A DNA stretch of 64,000 bases from assembly GCF_001194135.2 (NCBI RefSeq), contig NC_068981.1:135752681-135816680 (forward strand). The letters are read 5' to 3'. Source of the stretch: Octopus bimaculoides (taxonomy: Eukaryota). How positions within the stretch are numbered: the first letter of the stretch is position 1; each line of letters begins with the position of its first letter. Below the pieces are notes generated by a model. That model did not search any database. It was not told where the DNA came from and saw nothing but the letters and a program-made list of their open reading frames with translations. The position numbers and the translations under genes are program-made. Of this stretch, positions 38,345 to 49,800 are shown piece after piece.

Positions 38345-40163
38345 AATATTTATGACTAGTGTGACCATGACGACCAGCCTACCTTCTGGATCTGAAAAAT
38401 TAACTTTTCCTCAGAAACTCGGTTTCTTTTTAATAGGACTGACACCCCGCTTCCGCTAGAAGGACAACCTGGAGGCAAAAACCTCTTGTAACCATCCAGC
38501 AGCAGGAACAGATCTCTTGGTCCCCTTAACCGGGTTTCCGTAGCAACAACATCAACATCTGAATCTCGTGACCTGATGTTATTAAGGAAGCGTCCTTGCT
38601 TCCAGCTTGACATCAGGCCACGTACATTTAAACAACCAACACGAATACTAGACATGACTTACCTCACCATGAATGGTTCGAGGTGGATTCACTCTCTCCC
38701 TCCTTTTCTTTCTCTCGGACTCGTGGGATGTTTTTACGTAGGCCCTCGTTAATATATGGGAGATAGTACATCCTGAGAGGGCCTAGGTCGTGGAAAAATT
38801 TGGACTTTATCCGTCCTTAATCCTTCCGGCCTATCTTGTAAATGAGAAGGTCTGTAGACGTAGTTTTTTTCAGACGTTTGACAGATGAAATAGCTGCCAA
38901 ACGATTAATAAGTCTATTATTGGATGCCTTAATGGCCATATAAGTGATCTCTTTTTCTTTTTAATTTTCCTTTTTTATTTTCAGTCTGGTACGAGCGATC
39001 TGTGTTGTTTTCCTTCTCTTTTTAAAAACTGTCGACCACTCCTCCTCTTTGTCTTTATCGTCCCTCTCTTTCTTTGGTGTTGAATTCTACTGTAACAGGT
39101 GATGTTTCGGTTGTTATTGCTCCTTCCACCTCTTCTTCTTCCTGTAATTTCGTTTCAGATCTTATATGGCCTTTTAACCCGCGGTTAAAACACCTTGGTT
39201 TTACGCCTACCACAAAGACGATCAGTCTCTCTTCACCAATGTTTATTATTTCCGCAATTTCTTCCAGTATGGGGACCTCTGCTTGAATCAACATGCTTAA
39301 GCATTGTCCCTTACAGTTCTCTTCTACCACTGAGGGGGTGGAGAATAGTTATCTTTTCCTCCAGGCCCATAATAATAGCCGCTACTAACCAGATGGCATC
39401 TACTTCTGGAGGAATGTTATTAATTTTGATTTTCGATGTTCTTCTTCCCATATATATATGGGAAGAAGAACCACCTCCTCAGTTCTTAAAGTCTCCGAAG
39501 AGTGCCGCCTGGCTACCTCCTCTAATTTAAACCTTACTTCTACTGTTCCAAATCTCTCGCTTCTGTTTATGTAGGTGATGTTAGACCAAATTGGTCTAAA
39601 ACATTTTTCCACCATTTTCTCTTCGGTTTTATAATTTTTTTCCCCCCACATTGTACGCTTTGTATAATATGCGTCTCTTGTTTACTTAGTCGATCGCTTC
39701 TGTAGGAGGAGCCACTTGTATCTCCGTCCCCTCCTTTATAAGCATTGCCAAAAATATTTCCAAATTGTTTTTCTCGGTATTGATCGATTTTTCCTTCTTG
39801 CCAGCTACCCCAGCGAAGTTCTCCCTTTTCGGCGACACCGTTGATGAATTCCTTTCCTCACCTGCTTCCGAAACAGGCGAATATAATTTCGGCGAATCCA
39901 TAGTTGCCTCCATTTTTTCTTCTTTTTTTTTTGGCTTAACGCTGCACCCAGAAAAGTTTGGGCTTACGCCCCACAGAATCGGCTCAAAGCCGCACAGTTC
40001 AACAATAATTCCCCCGCAGTGGGGAATTGAAAACAAGCTGCTTCAACGAAGCAACAAACAGTTCTTCAACAAAAAACAACAGCAACTCACCGTAACAATT
40101 CAACGATTCAACAAATTTCACAGAAAACACTGGCAAAACGTTCCAACAAGAGACTTGTGCTAA
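38345..40163 (-). mobile_element. L1/Tx1-like LINE: 5'UTR, ORF1 with decayed CCHC knuckle, and start of ORF2 (APE endonuclease); the rest is deleted
   Basis: ORF2 begins MSSIRVGCLNVRGL...DVVATETRL (APE motifs). ORF1 pieces GTVEVRF..EEVARR and PRCFNRGLKGHIRSE. Confidence 0.8.
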
Positions 40164-42620
40164 GAATAATTTTTTAATCACTCACAAGGGGCCGACATAG
40201 AGCGGACAACACTAAAACACGTGGGGACACATAACACGAAAAACATAAAATTAAAAATATGGTAACATGAATGATACATGAAAATGAAACATGGAAATGA
40301 GCTGCCTGCCCCACCTCAAGCAGCAACAATTACTTCCTTCTGAATCCCGAGTCCTTCAAAACATCCAATCCGAATTTTTCTTTCAGTTACTCATATCCTA
40401 CATTTACAGGCATCCTTTTCAGGTTCGCATCAGTCTTCTAATACTTATAACCTTTTTTATATTTTGCAATCACTTCCTTCTAGCTCTGAGACACCAGCAC
40501 ACACATGTGCCAACCCACAACATTAGCATATCCCTCCATATCTTGTTACCACCTTATTACCTCATTTATTAGTTCCTCGTCTACATCCTCTGTTAACAAA
40601 CATACATAGCTATTTTCACGCGGGGGGGATTTTGTGTATCTTGTGATGTCTGTTTCTCCCTCTCTCTCTCTTTGTTTTAGATTGTGAAGGAAGGGATTGG
40701 GTGGGTTTTGGGTCTGAGAGGTTATGGGTGGGGTGGGGATGGCTTGGGGTTCCACATCACACTGTCCTTTCTTCCTCTTTTTCCTTCTTCCCTCCGCTAC
40801 TGTCCATAATTTTCCCTTCTTCCTTTCTTCCATCTGTACCTCCTCTTGCTTCTTCTCCGACTCTTTATCTACTTTTTCCAGACTATTCTTCTGCAGAGGG
40901 CAGTGTGCTCTAATGTGGCCTTTTGGTCACATTTAGAACAGCGAGGGATCCTGCCTTCCACCCACATTCTCAAAATTTCGGATCTATTTTAAAACGGGGG
41001 CCACATTTTTCATTAATATTTTACGTAGTGTTTTTGGTACCGAAAGACTTTCAAACTTCGTATACTTATCTATTTTGTGTTATAGAACAGAAAAATATTT
41101 TTGTATTCGAATTTATTTCATGTAAAAAATTGTCTTATTTCGATAATTTCAACCAATCACTGACAAGTATTCCGTTGTTTACATTTACTCCTTTGGCTGA
41201 TTAAGCGATGTAAAGCGTATTTAATCTCCATACCTTCGTTTTATTTGCTTTTTTCATTTTAAATTTGCTTTAACCCTANNNNNNNNNNNNNNNNNNNNNN
41301 NNNNNNNNNNNNNNNNNNNNNNNNNNNNNNNNNNNNNNNNNNNNNNNNNNNNNNNNNNNNNNNNNNNNNNNNNNNNNNNNNNNNNNNNNNNNNNNNNNNN
41401 NNNNNNNNNNNNNNNNNNNNNNNNNNNNNNNNNNNNNNNNNNNNNNNNNNNNNNNNNNNNNNNNNNNNNNNNNNNNNNNNNNNNNNNNNNNNNNNNNNNN
41501 NNNNNNNNNNNNNNNNNNNNNNNNNNNNNNNNNNNNNNNNNNNNNNNNNNNNNNNNNNNNNNNNNNNNNNNNNNNNNNNNNNNNNNNNNNNNNNNNNNNN
41601 NNNNNNNNNNNNNNNNNNNNNNNNNNNNNNNNNNNNNNNNNNNNNNNNNNNNNNNNNNNNNNNNNNNNNNNNNNNNNNNNNNNNNNNNNNNNNNNNNNNN
41701 NNNNNNNNNNNNNNNNNNNNNNNNNNNNNNNNNNNACACATTCTACCAGTGTTCCAAGTTTCAAAGTGTTTCGTTAATGAAAAATGTGGCCCCCGTTTTA
41801 AAAAAGATTCAAAATTTCTCCTACAGTCACCGTCTCCGCCAAATCTTCCAAGGATTCTACTTCAGCCTGAACAATAAGTTCTAATGCTTTTCCTTTCCAC
41901 ATCACCTCCCCCATTTCCGTGGATTATAGGACGACCACTTCCTCCTCACTTCCAAGGAGGACAGCCGTCGAAACCCAAGTCATATCTATGTCTGGCGGGA
42001 TTCCCTCTACCCTGATCTTGGATGTCCTCCTTCCAAGATACATGGGTAGAAGGACGACTTTATTCGACTTCACCGTGTTTACAATCAGCCTCCTTGCTAC
42101 ATCCTCATTCTCGAACTGGACCACCATATTTGTTTCTTCTTGCCAAAAACACCATATCCTTAGATACCGCGCACAACGCCTTCTCAATTGTTTCGGCTTC
42201 TACTTGGTCTACCTTTTTCTGTTCCACTGAATAAACTTTATACACAATGGTTCCCTTCATCATGTCCTCCTTAACTCTCTGTGGAGGCGACAACTTCACG
42301 TCACCACCTACCTTATATGCCATATTTTGATGTTCTTCCATTTTAGACAAGTCTATTTCATTCCTTTTTAACTCTGTTTCTTCAGTAAAAGCTTTTTTTT
42401 TTTGCAAGACATCTGTCCGTTCTGTTTACTGCTTTTACTAATTCCTCTTCTGATGTGGACAATTCCAACCCGCTAAGGTCCGAATAGAACATTTTTTCAT
42501 TAGCCTTCGCTATCTCTCTTGAAACAGAGAGAAAACACAACCGGTAAACCGCTGCAAAGCAACACAAACATCAACTTCAATACAACTCAATACACGTTCA
42601 AAAAATACTTGTGCTGAGTA
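40164..42620 (-). mobile_element. ORF1-only L1/Tx1-like element (half-L1-like), interrupted by a Merlin-like insertion
   Basis: ORF1 is homologous to the neighbouring element (VVQFENEDVARR; LGRRTSKIRVEGIPPDI; PRCSKCDQK/GHIRAHC with a 1-nt frameshift) and continuous across the TSD. It runs into a 3'UTR and an ATTAAAAAA end without ORF2. Confidence 0.7.
40980..41810. mobile_element. Merlin-like element, second copy (interior in a gap)
   Basis: TIRs GGATCTATTTTAAAACGGGG and CCCCGTTTTAAAAAAGATTC; 8-bp TSD AAAATTTC. Interior nearly identical to the 32266 copy; AACCCTA immediately before the gap. Confidence 0.75.
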
Positions 42621-42807
42621 TATGTATAATGTATATTTACTGCCTGCTTTTATAGCAAGTTAATGCAGGTAGTTTATCCCGTCTCCCAATATAACAGTGG
42701 ACCACCATAGCATCAATGAACGTCATTATAATTTCTCTTTACACTTTCAATATAGGTTTACGTTGTAACTATCGATGTCATAATAATCTAATGACGCGAA
42801 CCGGCGT

Positions 42808-42881
42808 GGCTCCGTAGCTGAGATGGTTAGATCACCGATGTTGTAAACTGAAAGTCAAATTGTCAAATCCCGCTGGAGCCT
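42808..42881 (+). pseudogene. tRNA-Thr-derived pseudogene (loop GTTGTAA)
   Basis: GGCTCCGTAGCTGAGATGG...CCCGCTGGAGCCT; internal stems broken. Confidence 0.7.
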
Positions 42882-43198
42882 GAGTAATGTGGTTTCTCTT
42901 GCTTTTATTTTAATTTCACAAGCTAGGCTGACATCAGTATTGATTTAGAAAATGCACACAAGGCCACAAAGACTTGCAGTGGAATATAATCGATTATAAC
43001 GATCTTAGTATATCACTTGTACTTTCAGTAAATCCAGAGGGAATGAAAACAATAAGAATTTTTATCTTAGCTTTGAAAGAGGAATTGACCCAGCACCTCG
43101 TAAAAGTTTTGTTCGTAATTTCATTTTGTTGTTTATGTTGAACAATGTATTGTAACGTTCAAAATGGTAACTTACCATAAAGAAGACATTATATCTTT

Positions 43199-43416
43199 CG
43201 AAGTTTTGCATAAAAGTTCCTGGCTTTAGGTGAAAGAAAATAGAGGAGGATCAGTTAATTACGATTTTATTCAACATATTCCCCTCTCAGATTCACACAC
43301 TTATTGCAGCAGTCCTTCAGTTTTTCTAAGCCTTGTACAAGAACTTGGAAGTTTGGGCTTCCAAACAGGCCTTCCGCGATACCCTTAAAGTCCAGGAGAT
43401 TTTCAGCACTCCGTCG
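43199..43416. mobile_element. mariner-type MITE, paralogue of 32995
   Basis: Same inverted ends and same flanks (ATTATATCT...TATATTAAACCAGGAGTTAC). Confidence 0.7.
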
Positions 43417-43861
43417 TATATTAAACCAGGAGTTACATCGGCGTCTCTCTCTCTCTCTCTCTCTCTCTTGTAATCTTCACTGTAAATATAGAGACGTCGT
43501 CGCAGAAAGAACGTTTGTTAAACTGATATTAGTAATAATACTTGGGCAAAATGAGAGGAGCTAATAAACCTTTCTACTAAAGACAGAAGGCCTGAAACTT
43601 GGGCGGAGGGAACAAGTCGATTAGAGAGACCACAGTGTTTCACTGGTACTTAATTTATCGATTCCAAACGGATTAAAGGTAAAGTCGACCTCGGTGGAAT
43701 TTGAACTGAGAACGTAGCCCCGGGCGAAATACCGCTAAGCATTTTGGTTAGCATGCTAACGAAGCATTATAATTGCTAACTACCATTTCAATGTAATTAT
43801 TCTTTATACACAGACATTAGCATTGTTGACGTCATATTACTTTAAAGACGTCGATGTGAGT

Positions 43862-43932
43862 GTCTCTAAAGTTCAGGTTAGACGGCCAATTTAAAAAACT
43901 GGATGTCAAGTGTTCGAGTTCCCATAGAAGCT
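43862..43932 (+). pseudogene. tRNA-Thr pseudogene, subfamily B
   Basis: Colinear with the 33690 copy. Confidence 0.7.
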
Positions 43933-44539
43933 TGTTTTCTTCTGGAATATGTCTTATTTTTTATGTTTGTGTCAGATAGAATGATGCAAATATTAATTTC
44001 AAAAATGTACACAAAGTTACAGATTTCTTCGGGTATCTATAATGGAATATATCTATAATGGATTATATCGAGCTTAGGATTGTCGGCGTTACTTGATTTT
44101 AGGGAAACCTGAAAGATGAAAACCAAAATAGACATGGGTAGCTAATGAATGCAGAGCTGTATGTAAATATGTTGAAGATCTTGTAACAATTTGACGAAAC
44201 CACAGACTATCATTTGATCAGTCAACTGCGTTCTCAAGTAATGATGTTGTTAAAATATTTTTATGCAGTAATCAAAGACATAATAATCCTTTCTGCTATA
44301 GGCTCAAGGCCTGAAATTGTAGGGTAGGGAGACAGTTGATTACATTGACCCCGGCACATAACTGGTACTTATTTCATTGACCCCGAAATGATGAATGGTA
44401 AAGTTGACCTCAGCAGAATTTGAAGTCAGAATGCAAGGACTGATGAAATGACGCTGAGCATTTCACCTGGCGTGTTCTGCTATCTCGCCACCTTAATTTA
44501 AGACAATAATAATAATATTTGAAGCAATACACGTAACTT

Positions 44540-44613
44540 GGCTCCGTAGCTCAATTGGTTAGAGCGCCAGTCTAGTAAACTGGAGGTCGAGTGTTCGAGT
44601 CCCTCCGGAGCCT
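44540..44613 (+). tRNA. tRNA-Thr(AGT), near-intact (G15A)
   Basis: Perfect acceptor, D and anticodon stems; T52.C62; long T-tract 11 nt downstream. Confidence 0.8.
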
Positions 44614-45226
44614 GACTACACTCCTTTTTTTTTTTTGGTGGGGGGTCTAATAAAGCATATGATATTGGTGATTATATTGGTGCCTGAAATTCATACAGTG
44701 CCACAAACGCTTGAGGTTGATGTATTGGGCTTACCCCTTAGAAAAATTGCCGGCTTTGTTAAAAAATTTGAAACAACTGTTGTACTAAGGCAGCGAGCTG
44801 GCAGAGTCGCTGCTGCGCCGGGCAAAATGCTTAGCTGCATTTCGACCGACATTAGGTCCTAGGTTCAAATTCCGCCTATGTGGATTTAACCTTTCATCCT
44901 TACTGGGTTGCTAAAATAAGTAGCATTTGATAGCTGAGATCGATGTAATCGACACATTCCTTCCGGCAATTGCTGGCCTTGTGTCCAATTTTGAAACCAA
45001 CATTGAAGATGGTGGTTCTTGATTTTAGTGAAATCTGAAAGTTGAAAACCTGGGTGTGTTATGAACCCAGAACTGTAAATATTTTGAATCTCTTATTGTA
45101 ATGATTTGACGAAACCACAAACTTTATAAGTTGATTAGTCAACTGAGTTCTCACGTAATGAAGCTATTGAAATTTTTTACGCAATAATTGAAAACATAAT
45201 AATAATTGAAAAGTCTCGTGTGACAT

Positions 45227-45300
45227 GGCTCTGTATCTCAGTTGGTTAGCACACCAGTCTAGTAAACTGAAGGTCGAGTGTTGGAGTCTCTCCGGAGCCT
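45227..45300 (+). pseudogene. tRNA-Thr(AGT) pseudogene
   Basis: D-stem and B-box (TTGGAGT) damaged. Confidence 0.75.
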
Positions 45301-45824
45301 GAACATGCTGCTTGGTTCTCTTTTTTTTCTTTTGTCTCAAAAAACATGACATTGTGCATATATTGGTTGCTGAAATGCATAGAGAGCCACATACTGGCCT
45401 TGTCCCACTGTTGTATCATGGCGGAGTGACTACCTCGCCAGACAAAATGTTTAGCGGCATTTCGCTCGACTTTAAATATTCAGTTCAAATTCAACCGAGG
45501 TCGTCTTTGCTTTTCTTCCTTGCTGGATCGATAAAAGAAGTTCCAGTTGAACACTGGGATCGATGTAATCGACTTACCCCTTCCTGGAATTGCTGGCCTT
45601 GTGCTAAATTTGAAACCAGCATTGAAAGTTGTATTTGAACGTCCAATACAACTTATCATATATATCTCTATGTATCGTATTTGGTCCGGGAGTTGCTGCA
45701 CTGATATATGTCTCGCCTGTAATCTCCACATAGATTAACGGACGTTATTGTGAGAGTGCAGTTTCTGTATACGTTTACATTATAATTATGAACGTCATAA
45801 TAATTTAAACACACAATTCTACGT

Positions 45825-45898
45825 GACTACATGCCACAGTTGGTTAGAGCTCCATTCTAGTAAACGAGAGGTCGAGTGTTTGAGTCACTCTGGAGCCT
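45825..45898 (+). pseudogene. tRNA-Thr(AGT) pseudogene
   Basis: 74-nt colinear match; T-stem GAGTG/CACTC fully paired, other stems broken. Confidence 0.7.
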
Positions 45899-46494
45899 GC
45901 TCAACTCGGTTTCTATGTTTTTTTCTCAAGCGAGATTCATACGAGTATTGGTGTTTAAAATGCACACAAAGCCACAAAAACTTGCAGTGGAATATGACCG
46001 ATTATATCAACGTTAGTATTTCATTGTTTCCTTCAGTAAACATGGTAGGACGAAAACAGTAACAATTTTGATCTTGCTGAAAGGATTTATTCAAAAAGTT
46101 GGCTTTTATTTCCAGTGAATCAAGTATTCACGTAAAGCTTCGTTCGTCATTTCGTTACTGTTATCAATGATAAACAATGTATTATAATGTCCAATATAAT
46201 TCACCACGAAGAAGACGACGACGTTATATCTTAAATTAAAGTAGGATTCACAGCTGTATCTCTCTCCTGTTTTCTTTATAGCAATTATAAAGACGTTCTA
46301 ATAGGAGTGTTCTGTTGAATTAATATTAATAAGGATACGAATGTGAAAAGAGAGGAATAAATAATGTAACGTGGGATCACCTAAGAACAATGAACATCAT
46401 TATAATTGCTAGCTACATTCTCTATGTAATTAGTCCGTTTATACAGACATTACAATTGTTGACGTCACAATACTTTGAAGACGTTGATATGAGT

Positions 46495-46517
46495 GTCTTC
46501 AAAAGCCGAAGGTTAAG
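46495..46517 (+). pseudogene. 5' stub of a subfamily-B copy, cut off next to the hAT element
   Basis: Same upstream TGACGTCACAATACTTTGAAGACGTTGATATGAGT context as the other B copies. Confidence 0.5.
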
Positions 46518-46530
46518 TTTCCCTCTATAA

Positions 46531-49500
46531 CAGTGGTTCTCAAACTTTCAAAAAATTTTATGTGCCGGTCCCCTCACAGTTTTCTCGATGTCCCTTACAA
46601 AAATCGAGATAATTATTATGTAAAAAATGACATACATTCTTGTACCGTGATTTCTGGACTATAGACCCGCAACCCCCAAAACGACATCTTAATCCACGCA
46701 ATGCCCCATTGGGATACAATAAATACACATGAATAATTGGTTACAAAACAAATTAGAAACGAAAACAGTTCGAAAATATACCGAGCATCCTGTATTAACA
46801 ACCGAGTAAGACCCATTTATGCCCATTTGGTAGAAAGAAACCGCAGGTTATACACCGAAAACTATGGTGTATATATGCACATGACTGTGGTTCACGAACT
46901 TTTGACATAACCTTCNNNNNNNNNNNNNNNNNNNNNNNNNNNNNNNNNNNNNNNNNNNNNNNNNNNNNNNNNNNNNNNNNNNNNNNNNNNNNNNNNNNNN
47001 NNNNNNNNNNNNNNNNNNNNNNNNNNNNNNNNNNNNNNNNNNNNNNNNNNNNNNNNNNNNNNNNNNNNNNNNNNNNNNNNNNNNNNNNNNNNNNNNNNNN
47101 NNNNNNNNNNNNNNNNNNNNNNNNNNNNNNNNNNNNNNNNNNNNNNNNNNNNNNNNNNNNNNNNNNNNNNNNNNNNNNNNNNNNNNNNNNNNNNNNNNNN
47201 NNNNNNNNNNNNNNNNNNNNNNNNNNNNNNNNNNNNNNNNNNNNNNNNNNNNNNNNNNNNNNNNNNNNNNNNNNNNNNNNNNNNNNNNNNNNNNNNNNNN
47301 NNNNNNNNNNNNNNNNNNNNNNNNNNNNNNNNNNNNNNNNNNNNNNNNNNNNNNNNNNNNNNNNNNNNNNNNNNNNNNNNNNNNNNNNNNNNNNNNNNNN
47401 NNNNNNNNNNNNNNNNNNNNNNNNNNNNNNNNNNNNNNNNNNNNNNNNNNNNNNNNNNNNNNNNNNNNNNNNNNNNNNNNNNNNNNNNNNNNNNNNNNNN
47501 NNNNNNNNNNNNNNNNNNNNNNNNNNNNNNNNNNNNNNNNNNNNNNNNNNNNNNNNNNNNNNNNNNNNNNNNNNNNNNNNNNNNNNNNNNNNNNNNNNNN
47601 NNACAGTCCGAAAATATCCCGAGCATCTTGTATTAACAACTGCGTAAGACCCATTCATGCCTATTTGACAGAAAGAAACTGCAGGTCATACACCGAAAAC
47701 TACGGTATATATATATACATGACAGTGGCTCACGAACTTTTAGCATCACCTTTGTGATTCTATCACCACATTGTCATGTCATTCCTCATACAGATTATCC
47801 AAGAGGTGCATTTCANNNNNNNNNNNNNNNNNNNNNNNNNNNNNNNNNNNNNNNNNNNNNNNNNNNNNNNNNNNNNNNNNNNNNNNNNNNNNNNNNNNNN
47901 NNNNNNNNNNNNNNNAGGTCATACACCGAAAACTACGGTATATATATATATATACATGACAGTGGTTCACGAATTTTTAGCATCACCTTTGTGATGCTAT
48001 CCTCACATTGTCATGTCATTCCTCATACAGATTATCCAAGAGGTGCATTTCAACTAATTTAGATATTTCCCGCAGAATTGTAATATTATCTCAAAGTGTA
48101 CAGACGCTTCTGCCAATTGGATCACTTGAGTGCACGGAAAGCTACACCGTCTTCTCCTTCCCTGAAGGTTTGTCATTTTATTTATAGCTAAGTAACCAGC
48201 TCTTCTACGTTCGGCTCTGTTTTAGAGAAGGCAAACCTCATTTCTAGTGTAACATCTAGTCGATTTCGTGTCTTTATTTTGATGGCAAGCAAAGTGGAAA
48301 ACGTGGTCTCACACTCATAGGTGGTTGGAAATGGCACCATATATTAAGAGACATCTTTGCGACATCAGTATACGACCGTGCCATTTCAATCCAAAAGTCA
48401 GAACAGTAGATTTCACGGTAAAACATTTTGCATCTCGATCATTGACCAAATCAATGAACTACTCTTGAATTAAATTGTCTTCTGTTGGTAGATCGCTAAC
48501 AGAGAACACAAAGGGATGGATTCCTGATAGAGCGGCAGTATTTGTGAAAGTCATGAAGATCAGGAAAATATAAAGAATATTTCTCTGCTAAATATTGACA
48601 CGTGTTGTTTCATGGGTTCAATGATATCGTCATCGACTTGAAGCTCTTATGCATCAATAAACACGTTTAGTTGAGGAAATGATGCAAAGTTCTTTCTAAC
48701 CAACATTGGGGTGCCAAAGTTCAAGCTTCATTTTGGAAGTAGTTGGATTTTCATGAGAATGAAACATAGTTATCTCTCCCTTGCAGTGAAAGATTGACGG
48801 CATTCACTAACTTGAATATGACCGCCAAAAATGCCAAGCAGATCAGAAAACGAACATCGGAGAATTTGGCAAGAAAATCTGGTTTCGAATCTTGTAAAAG
48901 ATCGTAGACTTGTTTTCGTAGAATGAAGACCCTGTTTATTGTTTTTCCTCTCAAAAGCCATCTCAATTGTGAGTGCAACAGAAGCATTTCTTTGCACAAC
49001 ACGGCGGACAGACGGGATTTGAGTGCGTTCGCTTTGATGAAGTTCACGTAATTCAGAACATTCTTTAACTCATCAGGCATAGTTTTCACCATTTGTGCTT
49101 GTTGATGAATTGTGCTGTGTTTATCAATAGCACCTGGGGATTTTTCTTTCACTGAAATCTAAAAACCGGAACGGCAATCAGGCATCGCCGGAGCGCCATC
49201 GGTGCACATGCTAATGACATGTTCCCAGCTGACAGCTGATATTATGTACCTCAAAAAATTTCTCCAGTTTGTTAAATATTTCTTTTGCGGTTGTTTTGGT
49301 GCTGAGGGTTTTCCAAAACAGGAATTCGTCCTTCAAGTGAGTGTTATGTACATAACGTACATAGACGCAAAGTTGGGTTAAGTTGGAAACATCCGTCCTT
49401 TCATCAAGCTAGATCACGAAAAAGTTCAAAAGCGAATTGTGAATGCTAGAGACCAACTGCAACAGAATGTTGTCAGACAGCTCAGTTATTCACGTGCTAA

Positions 49501-49800
49501 CAGTATCGTTTGTGAAAGACATGCTTCAGCTTCTGAATTTCAGAACTTCCTAGCACATTCGATATGATATCTCTGCAGCAAGGCAATATCAACTCTTCGC
49601 CAATATTGTTGGGAATTTTGGCAACAGTTATTTACTTTGAAACTTCGTACGGTAATTTAAAACCAGCCGTAATATCCAGAGAAGACATTCCTGCGTCATC
49701 AAGTCTGCACTTCGTCAATCTGACGGCTTCTCAATTTATTGAACTAGAATACTTCGTTTTGAAGTAAACAAATTTAATATAACTAGATACATTGTATATT
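46531..49800 (-). mobile_element. hAT Charlie/Buster (ZBED5/FAM200-like) transposon relic
   Basis: TIR CAGTGGTTCTCAAAC preceded by CTCTATAA (nnnTAnnn). Transposase motifs LDERTDVSNLTQLCVYVRY, CTDGAPAM, VNFIKANALKSRL, RWLLRGK, NLSLQG and PFPTTYECETTFS (dimerisation domain). Second TIR not found. Confidence 0.85.

Noticed and set aside
38655-38666. GACTTACCTC resembling the U1 snRNA 5' end
   Set aside because: No further U1 sequence; it is the complement of a splice-donor-like motif in the LINE.
47685-48055. Near-identical segments of about 135 bp on both sides of the 100-N gap
   Set aside because: Typical unmerged contig overlap; probably an assembly artefact.
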